A stretch of DNA of 64,000 nucleotides from Guillardia theta CCMP2712 (Eukaryota > Protista > Cryptophyta), in NCBI RefSeq assembly GCF_000315625.1, contig NW_005434602.1, positions 367,848 to 431,847 of the forward strand. The letters run 5' to 3'. This document shows, in pieces, positions 62,601-64,000 of this stretch. Position numbers and translations under genes: made by a program. Under the pieces are notes generated by a model that did no database searches, was not told the DNA's origin, and saw nothing but the letters and a program-made list of their open reading frames with translations. The number at the start of each line of letters is the position of its first letter. The first letter of the stretch is position 1.

Positions 62601-63674
62601 AAACCTGGGGTCATGTTCAGCTTGCGTGTCGGCAGTTCCAAGATATGACTCAAAAAGCGCACAATGAAGTCATGAAGAAGATCAAGGTAAGACTGCAGCA
62701 GAGTTGGAGGAAACAAAGGTTACAGGTCAACACATGGTGGGAATCCCCAATGCACATCGTGATGGAAGCGATGGGGACATCAATGCACCGAGAAGGGCAA
62801 TGGATACCAGACGGTTGCTGCTACTTTGCAAGCATCAAACGCATTGTCCTCATCGAATTTGCAAGGACATCGGAATATGACGGAGTCGAACAAACAAGTC
62901 TGGAATGCCTGAAGAAGAAATTTCAGGAAAAGGAAGAGAAATATGCCCCCCTGCGAGCAGAAATCACAGCTTTGCTACCTGACCATGAAGTGGAACAAGC
63001 GACATTCATAGCAGGAGTGAAAGGATCGATCATGGAGAGGGAATGGCATGAGAATTTCAGGATGCTAAGGATGGAGGACACGGAATGGGAAGGCATCAAG
63101 ACAGCAGCAATCAAGCAACTGCTGGAGGTACAACACATGCTATGGAAGACAAGGAGGGGAAACGAGTGCACCTAGGTAGGCGCGGCTCAGGGGCAAGCCA
63201 CCCACGGAGCACACGAAGGGAAGGAAAACAAGCCTGGCAGCAAGGAGGCAGGAGCGGCTCAAGGTCATGGGCCGCATGAAGGGAAACAGAGAAGGGCTAG
63301 CCAGCCCAGGAGAAGGTACAGCCTGGCCACAGCGGGCGACGGCATGTGGGGGGGGGGAGGGGCAGGAAAGGCAACGGTACTTGGCGAAACAAGAAGGGGG
63401 ACCGGGACCGGAAATTGGAACGGGCCCGGAGGACATCGTTACTGAAAACAGCTAATACGGAAGCAACCAGGCCTAAGGGGCCTATAGGAAAATGGGCCAA
63501 CCTCCCAAGGTTGGGAACCCCTTTAGACGGATCATTAGGCGAGAGATGAGCGAAGAGCAATAGTTCTTAGCTATGAAACTCTTGACTAAGAGTCTAATAA
63601 ACTCAAATAATAATAATAATAATAGGGTTTAGGGTTTAGGGTTTAGGGTTTAGGGTTTAGGGTTTAGGGTTTAG
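59654..63674 (+). mobile_element. 5'-truncated non-LTR retrotransposon with restriction-like endonuclease, ending in (AAT)6(AGGGTTT)7
   Basis: RT C-terminus (GLELNTKKS, FKYLGI), degenerate RNase H-like region, CPHC..ETWGHVQLAC knuckle, HNEV, PDG..LIEF..KEEKY RLE motif, stop at 63175, 3' UTR and tail. Confidence 0.88.
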
Positions 63675-64000
63675 CTGAGCTAGCAAATGGCTGAGCTAGC
63701 AATTGGAGTGGTCCAACACATCTTTGACGATCAAACCAACACATCTTTGACGTTCAAACCAATGCCACATGGCAGATGCAATGGTGCTCAGCCTTCCAAC
63801 AAGAAGACAACTTCAACTGTGGAGTATTTGTTATGCTACACGCCTTATTGCTCTGCGAGACAAATCAAGAATGGCTGGCAACGATTGACACAAGGAAAAG
63901 GCTAAGACTCCCGCAAGAATGGCTGATGCAAACTAGAGCTCAACTGCTCGAAGCTCTCACCCATCTGGAACAGATGGAGGAAACTGCACAGGTAATTTTG

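Noticed and set aside
63675-63760. Short direct repeats after the telomeric tract as target-site duplication
   Set aside because: CTGAGCTAGCAA and CCAACACATCTTTGACG are duplicated only locally; I saw no partner at the 5' junctions.

Overview
Eukaryotic nuclear DNA with short GT-AG introns (about 43-115 nt), a bipartite signal + 'SAF' plastid presequence and TTTAGGG telomere repeats. This fits a cryptophyte such as Guillardia theta (inference). The left part holds a giant 5'-partial filamin/PA14 repeat gene, RNB exonuclease, C2H2, PP2C, nucleolin-like, membrane, beta-helix and ankyrin genes. The right part is rearranged: copies of an unknown repeat-domain gene, a decayed Ty3/gypsy chromovirus fused in frame to an RLE-type non-LTR element, and two interstitial (AAT)n(AGGGTTT)n tails. 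The main finding is a Roco-TIR-EF-hand gene (47135-52704). Its apparent ~110-bp tandem repeat reads as 14 homologous introns separating 13 single-codon (3-nt) variable microexons inside an N-terminal Cys/His-rich region. This is a candidate splicing-based receptor diversification system. All gene models were read by eye and have no transcript support.
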